Shown here: positions 36,500 to 49,200 of the stretch, in pieces
Numbering within the stretch: the stretch's first letter is position 1
Layout of the letters: the number at the start of each line of letters is the position of its first letter
Notes under the pieces: model-generated
Told to the model about the DNA's origin: nothing
What the model saw: only the letters and a program-made list of their open reading frames with translations
Database searches by the model: none
Source: Lepidodermella squamata
Taxonomy: Eukaryota; Animalia; Gastrotricha
Assembly: GCA_047495785.1 (NCBI GenBank)
Contig: JBLDXI010000028.1
Coordinates: 558,001 to 622,000 of the forward strand
Direction of reading: 5' to 3'
Length of the DNA: 64,000 nucleotides
Translations under genes and position numbers: made by a program

Positions 36500-39400
36500 C
36501 TGGAAACGAAAAAACGAAACGAAAAACCAATTTATTCTGAAATCTTTATACTTACAATCATCTAATTACAAATATACAAATTTCTCCGGCGGCGGAGATA
36601 GCTCGCTCGTCGTGGACGGTGCGAGAGAGGAGCGGAGGTGGGAGGGGCAGGTTAAATATCACAACTGCTCATACTGGATATACATATATTCATACATAGA
36701 AGCATGCAACTACAATTGTACGGATATCCAAATTTACAAAGCAAGAGGCGATTGCAGACGTAGAAAGAAACATGTTTAGGAGTATAAGCGAACATAGGGA
36801 GGAAGTTGAGCACTGAGCATTCAGGCTAGGTCAGGATATGAGTGCGGGAAGAGGGCCCGGCGGGAGTCTGCTGTTTAGAATCGCGATGGGGGACCGAGCG
36901 GGCGGGTCGGGGTCGTTGCGAACGTCTTCGATGTCCTCTCGTATGGGAAGGATGGTGGTAACGGCATTGGCCACGTAGCGGGTCTGGCACTTTCTGAAGA
37001 AGCGCTCAACGGGTTCAACGTGGAGGCGCTGTTCGAGCGTGGTGGTGGCGATGCGGTCACTGCGCCGCGCCCGAAGGGCGGCACGCAGGCAGTCGTTTTG
37101 GAGCACTGTGAGGCGTTTTAGTTGGCGCGCTGACATGCCGCTGAGGACGATGTTGCCATAGGCGAAAGTGGCACGAATCAGGGCGAAGTACGCCGTCCTG
37201 ACCCAGCGCGGGGACAGTCCGGGGGTCCTGGCTAACCGGCGGAAAAAAGGCATGTTGCGCGAGCATCGGCGGAGCGCCTGGTCGATGTGCGTCTGCCAAG
37301 TTAGACGCGGGTCAAAGTGAATGCCCAGGATACGGATGGAGGAGACTTGGGGGACCGCGGTCCCGTTGACGGATAGGTGTATTGAAGTTGGTGCGGGGCC
37401 GAATGCCATGGCTTCGCTTTTGTTGGCGTTGAATTTTTGGCGCCATTCGCGGGCCCAGGTGGTGATTCGGTGGATTTCAGATTGGGCTGCTTCCTGGGCG
37501 GCTTGGAAGTTGATGCCGGTGGCACTGATGGTGAGGTCGTCGGCGTACGCCTCAGTGATGCTGTTGGGCGATGGTTCTGCGTTCAGGAGGTCGGCCGTGT
37601 ATATGATGTAGAGCAAGGGTGAGAGAGGAGACCCTTGGGGTACGCCGCAGTTGACGGTGGCGACCCTGCTCAGATGACCAGCCACGCGGGCCTGCAGCTT
37701 GCGGTCGCGGAGGTAGTCAACTATCCAACCGATGAGATTGCGGGGCAGGGGCAGTTGCATCAACTTGTATATCAGTCCAGCATGCCAGACACTGTCGTAG
37801 GCTGCCTGCACGTCGAGGGCAACGATGACCATTTTACGGCGGGTCTTACGAGATTTGTGGACGCGGTGTGAGATGCGGAGCGGTACGTCGGGAGCTGAGC
37901 GGTGTCTTCTGAAGGCATACTGATTGTCCGGAAGGGCGTGGTGGTCTTCCAGGATGGCAGTGAGTTTGCTGGCAATTATGGACTCCAGAATTTTGCTGTC
38001 TATCGGTAACAGCGATATCGGCCGTTGTGACTCGACGGCGTCCTTGGGCTTGCCGGCTTTCGGTACAGGAACGACGATGGCGTGACGCCATTCTGGGAGC
38101 ATGACCTTGCTGCCTAGGCAGAGGTTGTAGAGGCGGCGGAGGTGCATCTGCAGAGGAACGCCACCCCATTTGAAGAGGACGCCGCAGATACCATCGACGC
38201 CAGGCGACTTGTATGGTTTTAGTCGGCTGATAGCTATTGAGACGTCGCGTTGTGTGACATGGAACTCGTCGGCAGCGGGGAGGCTGATAGTGTTGTGGGG
38301 CTGCAGCTCGCCGTTGAGCCGGATGTCGTCTTCGAGACGTTGCCACTTCTGCTGGGTTTCCGCACTGCTGGTCGGATCAGTGTACGATGCCATGGGGGCA
38401 GTGAAGTGGTTGAGAAGTCTGTCCGCTAGCTCTGGGGACGCCATGAGGACTTTGCCCTCTGCGGTGTGCATGTGGTTGACTCCCCCGGGTTTAGCTTGAT
38501 GGTCGAGCAGACGGAGCTTGGCCCAGGCTTCCGCCAGACGGCGTTGGGCTGTGAGCGATTCGACCTGGCGTAAGTTGGCGATGTCGCGACGGAATTCGTG
38601 GCGCTTACGGGCGGATGTGAAGGCGGCGTCCAGTATTTTCAGCTGTTCAGACAGGTAGGGGTCGTGGCGAGATCCGATGGCGCGCTCCACGATGCGCTTT
38701 CTCCGAATGATAGCCAACATCTCCGCTGACATAGGAAGCGTTCGCTCCTGGCCTTTGACGCAGAGAGGCACATGTTGAGCTCTGGCCTGAGTGATGCAGC
38801 GAAGAATGTCATTGCGGTACCGGCTCAGCTCAGTGACTGGCTGACCTTCAGTTGGGAAACGGATGGTCTGAAGCAACTGTCTTAGTGTAACATAGTAGCC
38901 CCATCGGTTGGCTTTGCCGAAGTTGAATCTGATTTGATCGCTGGGTTGAGGAGGTGGTGGTCGCTGGTCGATGTGAGGCAAGGATAGACTTGTTGAGGTG
39001 AGGAAATGGTCGCTGGTTAGGCGTTCGGAAACGGAGACTCCGCCGTGTAGGAGGTCGAGGGCAGCATCGTTGAGTATCCAGACATCTAAGGTGGACTGAC
39101 TGAGCGTCGACAGGTTCACATGAGTAGGTTTGGATTCTAGGATCGTCGCGTGATATTGCGTGGCGAATTCGTGCAGGTCGCGGCCATGCTTGTTCCAGGC
39201 TTCATTCTTGCCCCACAGTGGGGATTTAGCGTTGAGGTCACCGGCAAAAATGCACGGCATTCCGGAGGAGTTGGCCTCGGCGAACTGCTGTTTGAGCCAG
39301 TCGAGATTGAGGCTGGAAGACGGAGGACAGTAGCCAGTGATAATCCTGATTGCGGCTGTTCGAGGATGAGGGATGAGATCGATGGAGAGCCATTCGCTGA

Positions 39401-39830
39401 GAGCTGCGCCAGTTAGGTTGCGCTTGGTTTCCCGGATGACGGCGACGCCTTCGCGCACCAGTGCGGCCACTCCGCCGCGTGGTCCCTGTTGTAGCAGGCT
39501 GGCCGGGTCCTGCTCCCGGTCGCATCTGAAAGAGGCATATCGGTAAAAATTACAACGTGACAGATAGTGGTAGAAAGATTCGTTTATAAGAAACACCAGT
39601 GGGTTGCGTCTAAGGAAGAATGAGATGTCGAACAATTTTTCATTGGCGCCGCGAGAGTTCCATTGAAATATGATACACAAGAAAAAATCCATAATTAATT
39701 TTGAGCTACAGTCATGTCATGATCAGAGGCGGAATTGTCATCATCATCCGCGTCGTTGTCGTCGTCATCGTCAGCGTGGAAAAACCACAGCTGAAAAGAA
39801 AGCGAAAGAATAACCCGCGTCAGCTGACTG
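36500..39830 (-). mobile_element. Non-LTR retrotransposon (Jockey/I-group-like), single intact APE+RT ORF
   Basis: 953 aa ORF, ~330 nt 3' UTR ending AATAAA plus a (TTTCG)-rich tail, short 5' region with CAGT. No exact TSD, so the ends are approximate. Confidence 0.9.
36831..39692 (-). CDS. LINE endonuclease-reverse transcriptase
   Basis: QWNSRG, YCPP, GDLNAK..LWG and SDH (APE); RPISLL, AYDSVWH, GVPQGSPLSP and YADD (RT). No RNase H or zinc knuckle seen. Confidence 0.96.
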   Translation of the reverse strand: MDFFLCIIFQWNSRGANEKLFDISFFLRRNPLVFLINESFYHYLSRCNFYRYASFRCDREQDPASLLQQGPRGGVAALVREGVAVIRETKRNLTGAALSEWLSIDLIPHPRTAAIRIITGYCPPSSSLNLDWLKQQFAEANSSGMPCIFAGDLNAKSPLWGKNEAWNKHGRDLHEFATQYHATILESKPTHVNLSTLSQSTLDVWILNDAALDLLHGGVSVSERLTSDHFLTSTSLSLPHIDQRPPPPQPSDQIRFNFGKANRWGYYVTLRQLLQTIRFPTEGQPVTELSRYRNDILRCITQARAQHVPLCVKGQERTLPMSAEMLAIIRRKRIVERAIGSRHDPYLSEQLKILDAAFTSARKRHEFRRDIANLRQVESLTAQRRLAEAWAKLRLLDHQAKPGGVNHMHTAEGKVLMASPELADRLLNHFTAPMASYTDPTSSAETQQKWQRLEDDIRLNGELQPHNTISLPAADEFHVTQRDVSIAISRLKPYKSPGVDGICGVLFKWGGVPLQMHLRRLYNLCLGSKVMLPEWRHAIVVPVPKAGKPKDAVESQRPISLLPIDSKILESIIASKLTAILEDHHALPDNQYAFRRHRSAPDVPLRISHRVHKSRKTRRKMVIVALDVQAAYDSVWHAGLIYKLMQLPLPRNLIGWIVDYLRDRKLQARVAGHLSRVATVNCGVPQGSPLSPLLYIIYTADLLNAEPSPNSITEAYADDLTISATGINFQAAQEAAQSEIHRITTWAREWRQKFNANKSEAMAFGPAPTSIHLSVNGTAVPQVSSIRILGIHFDPRLTWQTHIDQALRRCSRNMPFFRRLARTPGLSPRWVRTAYFALIRATFAYGNIVLSGMSARQLKRLTVLQNDCLRAALRARRSDRIATTTLEQRLHVEPVERFFRKCQTRYVANAVTTILPIREDIEDVRNDPDPPARSPIAILNSRLPPGPLPALIS

Positions 39831-40224
39831 GCAAAATAAAACACGAACGATATTTTCAGTGTTTGCTAATTTGGGTTGTTATTGATTGAAAACATTCAAT
39901 TTTCGTTTTTTGCAATACTTTGACCGCGAAATTTTTTAAAGCTCTCGCCCGGCTGGCAAAGCCAAGTTCTTTTGAGTGAGTCGCATGTCGTTTAGTAAGT
40001 GAAGTGTTTTGTCCTGCGAGTCCATGATAGCGCACTATGCTATTTGTTCTGTTTTGATTACGTGTTGTGCGTGAATAATGCCGTATTTATTTCAACGTTG
40101 ACGAGAGATGATTAGTTTCTCATTATTTGGAAGATGATGACGCCAGTGACCCGTTGTCATTTTCGATGAATGACTTGCGCTGTACTTGCATTATTTTAAT
40201 AGCTGCAACTTGTTGATTCATTTT

Positions 40225-43200
40225 ATGGCGGAAAGTCAGCACGTCAAAGTTGCAGTGCGGATTCGACCTTTTTCCGATCGTGGTAAGTTTTGACTAACCT
40301 CCATTTCTTTCGTTTCGAGTGATGATGTATACGCTTTAGAAATCGAATTGAATTCCAAGTGTGTTTTGGATGTAGCTGATAATCAAGTTTGTGTCACTAA
40401 ACCTTTTCCATTCTACAAAACTGGTCAAAGGTAGAATTGATTGCATACTGATAGTTTCTCTGACAATTCTTTGGATCTATTTAGGGAAAAGAATTTGGTG
40501 AAGATAGAAGTTGCTAAAACTTTCAGTTTCGACAACATTTTCTGGTCATTGGACGAAAATGACAATCGGTTTAACGGCCAGCGTGATGTTTATGCCGCAC
40601 TCGGCCCATCTTTGATTGATGATACTTTCGCAGGCTTCAACTGTTGCATCTTTGCATATGGCCAGACTGGCTCTGGAAAAACTTATACTATGCTTGGAAA
40701 GCCAACTCCAAATAGCGAAGGTCAAGGTATCATTCCTCGATTGTGCCATGACATTTTCGACCGCGTTCAAACTTGCGGTGCTGAATCATGTCAAGTCGTT
40801 GTTTCTTACATGGAAATATATAACGAGAAGGTCTTCGATCTGTTGGACCCAAGAGGGTTATTTGAGAAACTCATTGCTGTAATGGTCATTAAGAATGCTT
40901 GTGTTTCAGGAAGCAAAATCTGAAGGTTCGAGAGCATCCAATGCTTGGGCCATATGTTGACGGCTTAAAGCAATTAGCCGTCTCAGGCTATGATGATATC
41001 GAGCAGCTTCTCGTTTCTGGTAATCGACAACGAACCGTCGCTGCCACATCAATGAACATTGAATCAAGCCGATCACATGCAATTTTCATGCTAAAAATAA
41101 CGCAAACATCAGTCGACGCAGATACAGGCGTAAGTCATCGCTGTCTCATTTTATTTTCGCTGTTGAATTTTAACAAATATATAGTGCTAGACTTTATTGG
41201 CAATAGAGCTTTTTCTCTGTATTTTACACGAAGACGCATGCGAGCACGACATTAAAAAACGAGATTAATTTGTCGTTGATCTAACAACGAGTATTTCAAG
41301 TTTAATATACCCTAACGAAAAATTCCCTTATCAGCAAATACCGGGGTTTGAAACGAAAAAAAAAGTAAAATTACTTTCAAACGCAAGCGATTATTACGAA
41401 GAATAAGAACGATATGATTAAAAGAGATAATTGTTGATTGATTAGCAGATGAGGAATATGGCGAGAGTGAATCAAAGAAGACTCAAATATCGGTCCGAAC
41501 CGTTGAGCGGGCTAGTAGCGGCTCGTGTGCCGGTGACGAGAAAGTTGTCATAGCCTGAGTGGTATAAGGCGTTTGTGTGATTGTAATAGTCGGCGCCGGG
41601 GCACACGCTGCTAGGTCTTCACGCAGCGGTATCGCTGTTGGGTCGCTTGCTGCCGAGGATCCACCCAACCTCGGCGGAGATGGGGCTCGATTCGCGCCGA
41701 TCAACGGCCGTTGAGACTGAGCTCCCCGGCCCCATCTCGAAAACCACGACCCGCTGGGGTTGCTGAGTGGCGGTGGGGCAGCCTCGGCGTATTCTTGCTC
41801 GCGCCATTTCCGCCGCGCATGCATAATCAGGCAAATTATTGGACCGAGGATGAGCCACGCGCCAATGACAGCAGCTGCGCCGATTCCGAGCCACAGCGCT
41901 AATTGATCGCTGACTTGGCCAGGTTTTTGTGAATCTGAAGATGTTTCATTTCCGACAGTTTCATGCACCGAACTTGTGACGGTTTCATTCGTCGCAGCTT
42001 CGTCTTCATCATCGCCTGCAAGCTGGCGAATCGGAATAGCTGTTACCGCTGCGTCTTCCGCTTTTTTCGTAGATTGACTAGTTTGTGTGGAGGTTTCAGC
42101 TTCTTCCAAGCCAGATCCCGCTATTTCTTCGCGTTTCACCAGTTTTCGTTCGAAATTTTCCGCCGGGCTGTTTGTTACTTGAATAAAATTCTGCTCGACG
42201 TCTTGGATAATTTCCAGCTAAAAATGAATGCGAAAAGAACATATAATTTGGTACACGAAACGTGTATAAAATCTTCGTTTTTTACGAATTTTGGCTACCC
42301 ATTTATTAGAGCTAGGAAATATCTCTGCGAGTTAACTCGTTAATTTGAAAATATTTAATGCAAAATTATGCTTTCAAACAGTAAGTCGGCGCAGTTCACT
42401 AACAATAATGAAGGGAAACGATAATTAAAAGGATTATTCTTAGGTTCAAATCAACGACCCGATTCACGCAATTTTGATATGAACCTTGATTGACCATGAG
42501 AACTTCCCCGTTCAAAATAAACTTTGTTGGGATCATTCTTCAGCACATATTAGAACATAAAAAATTTGATTTGAAGCCATAAATATTTTATATTTTTTTC
42601 AGAACATTTCATATCCAACTTCTGCTTGAAATATTTTTATTCCTTATCGTTGAAAGGCTTGAGAACTGCAAAATTTACCCCTTCTGCCAACGGTCAATCA
42701 CACTTGCTATTTCTTTGAAGTTTCGCGCAACAGAATCAGAAAAATCGTGTTCATTCGATTAGCTATTGTGTTCTACTTTTCCCATCAGCTAAATTTTTTC
42801 GCGATAAAACAGTCGCGGCTTACATTTCTTTATCAAAAAGTTCCTTATCTTGCATCCCAAATTACAGAAAAATAGCAAAACATGAATACGTATCGCATTG
42901 GTACGCGATGAAAGACGATTTTTCTTTACGATAAGAGCTTTGAGAATTCCGCCCGCATTCTTGGAAGTCGAGTCTTTTCTCTCGCAAATTTTGTAATTAA
43001 ATTGTATTTTTTCTATGAGTAAATGCATTTTTGTTGACTTACATCGGCGTGAAGAGGTGGCGCAGCTCGGGCGTAAATTCCACAGGGCGTCAATAGCAGC
43101 AGCAAAAAACAGACATGGACGCAGGAAAAGGCCATCCTGCCGTAGTTATTAGCCGGTTGTTGTTTTTGCCGGCCGAGAAAAGTCGACGATGATTTTGCTG

Positions 43201-46200
43201 CTAAACAACCGCGACCAGTTGTTGTTATTTGCTGTTTGCCGCTGCTGCAATGGCGCAGCATTAAAAGAGAGTATTAATTCACAAAAATGTGTGAAGTGTT
43301 TTAAAAATTCGTATTTAATTTTTCACTAAATAAGACATGAACAGCGGTTGCATTTTTCAATAAAAGACTTTCGTAATTGTATAATAATACCTAATATAAA
43401 AATAAAATATTGTGAGTCTATAAAAGCGTGTTGTTTGTGTTGTTATTCGGCGCGCTCCTAATTTGTGTCTTGACTCGGGTTCAAAGCGCACGCGGCGAGA
43501 ATTTATACAAGGACGCTGGGTTTTAATTATGCATGACAAGATTAGAAAGTCGAAATCGAGGTCTGTCTGTAAGAACGCGATGCAGCAATAAATTTCACCA
43601 GCCAGTCGATTTGCTCGATTTGATGTCGATTTCGAAGAAGCTTGATATTAGAGAAGCGTTGTAGTCACCCTATACCTAAATGAATGTATGCAATGCACCT
43701 ATGTATATACTTATATACCTATAACGATACATTTGTTGTAAGGATTTTTACGAGTCGTAAAGCGGCTTTCGCGTGTTGTTGAACGGAAATGCATAGGCGC
43801 GCTAGTTTTCTCACGTTTTTCGACGCATCGCGTGTAACCGAAGACGGACGCTATTAGGGCCACGTGGACGCACTGCGGCTTGTCAATATTGATACCCGCG
43901 GCCGATGGTTCGCTACTGCGACTGCTACTACAACTACTTCCCACTGTCAACACAACGCGAAGCTACTGATTTTCGCTGTATCGAGTTGCTAGCTGAGAAT
44001 TTGTACCTGCTTAGATTTATCAAAACATTAGCAAATCGGGACACTTTACATTTTGATAGGAAATGAATATTTTGTATGATTTTTCCGCTACTGGTCACTC
44101 AGTGTCTGGGCTGGAATAATAACACAATAGTCATAAGGAAATGCCTCTTGCGATCGATAGTAATTGCGTGAATTCGGAACACAAATGCGGCGATTAAATC
44201 ACATTAGGTGCGCGATGTTTAGTGTCGAAAAGTTTGATCTAACAATAAATAAATATTATATGCGTAAAAAATAACTGGAATATTGCGCGATCAATGTGCT
44301 TGAAAAATTAGTACAATTTTGCTCAAATTTATAGAAGAACTTGAAATGAACGGAAACCAAGTCTTTAACGTCCATAACCTGGCAGTTTTGTTGAAATTGA
44401 AACTTGGCGCTAGTATATTTCAAGCATTACAGGCCTAATTCTGGGCGGAAAGAGCTTCTCATTATCGCTTAAACATTTCCAAAATATGGAATTGGAAATT
44501 TTTTTGTAAAATGGCCTGAATTCTAAATTTTAGCGAAAATTTTAAATTTCACAAAATGCCCCAGTTTCGTCAGTCTTCAGCCAGTTACCAAAGCAGAATA
44601 AAGTTTTAAAAGCAAGAAAAGGAAAATGCCGAGGCCGAATATTCTCCCGAAACTGCCTTCATCGTTTCTATTACAGTTAAAGGAAGCATTTTTGCAGTTC
44701 GAGGGCGATTCAAATGCCTAACTTGAGCGGAACCGAATTGAGAATTGGTAACTGATATTCTAGGTTATCTTTGAAAGAAACAAGAAAATATGCAACGTCC
44801 TAGTGTTTAGATTTCAAATATGTCTCAAGAATCATGGCTTCAGCTTTGAAAAAATTGGAATATTTATTGTTTTACCCTAGTGCAGTGTAAGACTGATTGA
44901 AAAAAATCGTACCGAATCCGAGGTGCTTCGATATTCGGATGAAATCCTTGAGGTAGTGTTATTTTTTGCGAGGCAAGTGTTGGAAAGCGAACGATAAACA
45001 ATCGCAAAATGTCAAATAACGCTGCGTCGGCTGTCAAAATGAGCAGAAAATCGCGTTTTTTTCCTCGAGATATAAACTAAAATATTTATCTATTGATAAT
45101 TTTTAACTAGACTAGGTAAAAAAATCAAAGCCGACCAGTCTGTGGCTAATCATAACCGACCTGACTGGGTGCAAATGTTTTTCGCGAACTGCCGTGTTAT
45201 TATACTGGTATTGGGCCGGGATAAAGTCGATAAAGGGGTCGAAATGCGCCCGTTTCGCTCCGATGCCTTTTTGCCCATAACTACCATCAGTTATCTCTGG
45301 GCAGTTTTTGTTTATCTGAATATCGATAATATGGCGGGGCGTGTTATTAATACTGCCCACAACACAGCGAGGCCATAAAATTGCTTGAAAAATATATATA
45401 GTAATGATGATGGTCAGTTGTGAAGGCTGAAAAACTTATCGCGTGTTGATTTCACGCCGATACTCTTACTTCGGCTCACTTGGAAAAGCAAACACGATAT
45501 AATACTATATTCGCATCGTAAATGGACTACCTAGCTATCTGTAAAGGTGCGGATGCGCGCGGCTTGCGCTGTAATAGCTAAAAATTACTAATGATGATGT
45601 GATGTATATTGTACACAAAAATGGCAACGGTAGTAGTAGGGCAGGCTATATCTATCAAAGTGTAAAATAATAACTAAGATCATGATCATCATCATCATCT
45701 GCGATTCGTCAAAAATCTGACGGCTGCTTTTTGACATTGAAATGTAGAACCCTCGCTATACCTGTTTGCTATAGTTAGAAACGTGCTTCTGTTTTAGCGT
45801 AGCCGCGAGACGCTAACGAGCGGCCGGCGTAATTTAGCGCACGCTTAGAAAACGTTACAAGGCGCGCATAATAATTACGATTATTTACCTTTCGCAGGGC
45901 GGAATTCATGAATGAAAAAGTCATTTGTATATACAAGGGGAAATCGTAAAAAATAATAAAAATAATGATCGGGCTATTAATCATAATTTTTTTTCTGTTG
46001 TGTAGATTACTGGCGAGAAGGTCAGTAAAGTCTCGCTGGTCGATCTAGCCGGGTCGGAACGGGCGTCGAAAAGCGGAGCGGTTGGCGAGCGGTTGAAGGA
46101 AGGCTCGAATATTAACAAGTAAGCTATTACTGTAATTTTTTGGAGCTGTTATAGCGATTGTTAGAACAATTTTCGTTTGTGTGTGGGTTCAAAGTAATCA

Positions 46201-49200
46201 AGAGCGCGGCCTAGGGACTAAAAATGACAGCCACTTCTCTCATTTTTAAGCCGTTTTCTTGGTGCGAGCTTCAAGAAATTGAGAAAGCGCTATAATATCG
46301 CTATGAGGGAAATAATACATAAAATAGTGTAGACTGAATGCTATACTATTTTCTGAAACAAAGGGGATTATAAATGTTTATTTATGCATATAAATTTGTT
46401 CGTAGCCTTACAGACGACAGAGCATGAGGAAATTGAAAACGAAATCTCAACCTTAATCGGAAAATATTTCATGAATTTTCTCTGTAACTTATGTTATTTT
46501 CTGGGTAGAAAGAGCAAAAACCAACTGGGACAAATTATACGCAAGCGATGCCTAATTTTACCCACTTTGAAAATTTTACATTTATTAGCGTAATTGTACG
46601 AGAATTCAGAGAATTTCAGAGAATTCATATTCGAAGCCCAGAAATATCTCCGTTTTTTATGGATATCAATTTTTTAATTATCAAGCCCTATCATTTTTTC
46701 ATTTTTTCATTATCGTTATCCTTCAGCCTAAATAGCTGATATCGATTTCCGTGATCGATATTAGAAATCAGTGATTTTTCAGATATTAGCAGCCAGCTGC
46801 AACTAGAAAATTTACCTACGTACCTTGGGTACTAATTAGCTATAATGAATGGTCCTAAGGTTAAAGTGCCCCTCATCGAACAAAAAAAATGAAAATAAAA
46901 ATTGCAAAATATTGAAAAAATTAGTTTTAGAATGCTGGAATTTATTGCTGCAACCTCAATTTATTTTGCCAAACTGTTAGATTTTTACCGAATCTTCATA
47001 TTATGTGCTTTATTTCTAGGTCTTTGACAACGCTTGGCCTCGTAATCGCAGCTTTAGCCGATCAATCGAAACAGGGCAACAACGGCAGTAAAGACGCGCA
47101 CATTCCGTACCGCGATTCGGTCCTAACCTGGTTGTTGCGCGACTGCCTAGGCGGGAATACCCGAACCGTTCTAGTCGCCACATTGTCCCCAGCCGAAGAC
47201 AATCTAGGCGAAACGATCTCAACTCTACGCTACGCCGACCGAGCGAAACGCATCGTTAATCGAGCTGTAATCAACGAAGACCCAACGGCGAAAATTATCA
47301 GGGAGTTACGCGAGGAGGTCGACGTGTTGCGAGGGCAATTAGCGTCAAGGTCCAACACGCCGAATTCAACGTTGAGTGTCCCAAATTTCAGGTCATCGTC
47401 TTCGAACTCCGGATCCTCAACCGATTTATCGCTGATTGATAGATTGGACGCGAATGAGAGGTTGATGACAGAAATGACGCGAACGTGGGAAGACCGGCTG
47501 CAGGAGACAGACCGGTTAAAAACCGAAAGAAACACCGAATTGGAAAAATTGGGTATAAAAGTTGAATCGGGTGGAATTCGCCTCGCAAAAGATCGCAAAT
47601 GCTTCCTCGTAAATTTGAACGCAGATCCTTCTCTAAACGAATTGTTGGTGTACTACCTTAACCAGCCTGGTTCGACCCTGGTAACCCGTATTAATGAGGA
47701 AAATACCGAAAATCAGGGCCAGATTCGGTTGAATGGGCTAGGCATCCAGCCGGAACATGCCGAATTCAGCGTCGATGAAAATGGTCTCGTAAAATTGCGG
47801 CCCTTCCTCAATTCATACACGTTAGTCAACGAAAATTTACTGACAAAAGAAATCGTGCTGAAACACGGTGATAACATTCAATTTGGCACATCAGAGGGTA
47901 CGTTATTTCGGCTGAATTGCCCGAAAATCAGCGAGCCGTTGATTGAAATCACGCCGGAAAAATCGGAAGACCCGAATCGTAGTGATTTGGCTGATTTGAC
48001 AGTTTCAGCCATTGAAAAGCAGTACGAGTTGTTGTCGCAGAAAAATTCGGAAAAACCGCCCGAGGAAGACGCTTCCAGCACGGCGAGTCGTGATAGTTTG
48101 ATCGAAAATTCGAGTAATACCACGAATTCGGTCGCGATTTCAGCCGTAACAGGGCGTGTTTCGAGGCACCAACAGCAATTAATGATTCAGTCACGGTTGG
48201 ATGAAGACCGAAAAAGGCGGCAAGATCGACTTCAGAGCGACCTGAAAAATTTACGCCGGCAGTTAATTCGAACAAATACCATGGTTTACGAGGCTAATTT
48301 AATGGCTAGCCAGTACAAAGTGCCTGTCACATTTTCGCCAACTCTTCAAATTCCGCCGTCTATGTTGGAAGTCAGTGGAATTTTCCAGCAGAATAAAACT
48401 TCGAGTCTGCTATCGGAACCGGCGGTTTTAGCGACGAGCCACCGTGGAACCGGGTTCCAACGCACGTTGTCCCTAGCTGAGTTCGAATCAGTCCTAACAG
48501 CGTGTCGCGATTCGTTATCAGACTCGAATTCGTCAAATATTGAATCAACAGCTAGCCCGGGTTGGCAATTAGCCTCGGTTATCGACGAATCAAGCCCAAC
48601 TGGCAGTTTATCCCTAGTCGGGGTGGCTAATTTGTATTTATCCGCGTTGTTTTACACGATTCCTTACACGTATTCCGCGCCGATAGTTTCGACTCTAGGC
48701 GAAACTGCTGGTCACGTGACCGTGACAATGTCCCGCCGGCCTGATGACAATTTGATGATTTCGTCCGATTCATCGGCGATTTCGAGTTCCGAGTCGAATT
48801 TATCCAACGATTGTAACACGCTGACCTACTACAGCCAGTCGAAAGGGTTACGCGTGGGTGATTACGTGGTGATAAAAATCGGAATTCAAACCGTGACGGG
48901 TTTGGACGTTAGATCAGTCGCTATGGCTCGGTACCAGTTTTGGGACTCGCCTTTAGTCACCTCGGTTCAACCCCTGTTTTTCCGGTCTATTGAAGATACG
49001 CAGGGGCAGATAACGCGGTTCGATAATTTGACGACGTTTCGCGTCAAGGTGACGGATGAATTCATCGACTATTGCGCTGAGGGTGCGTTACCGGTTCAAA
49101 TTTGGCAATACCCGACCATGCCGGAGAATGAGGACCCGGAAATCGGCGTTGAATCGTTGATTCCGGCGTTGTTGCCCGGGGCGGAGGATCATCGCAATGC

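Noticed and set aside
35335-39692. Functional link between the RNase H-less LINE and adjacent RNASEH2B
   Set aside because: RNASEH2B is a non-catalytic subunit, and adjacency alone is not evidence.
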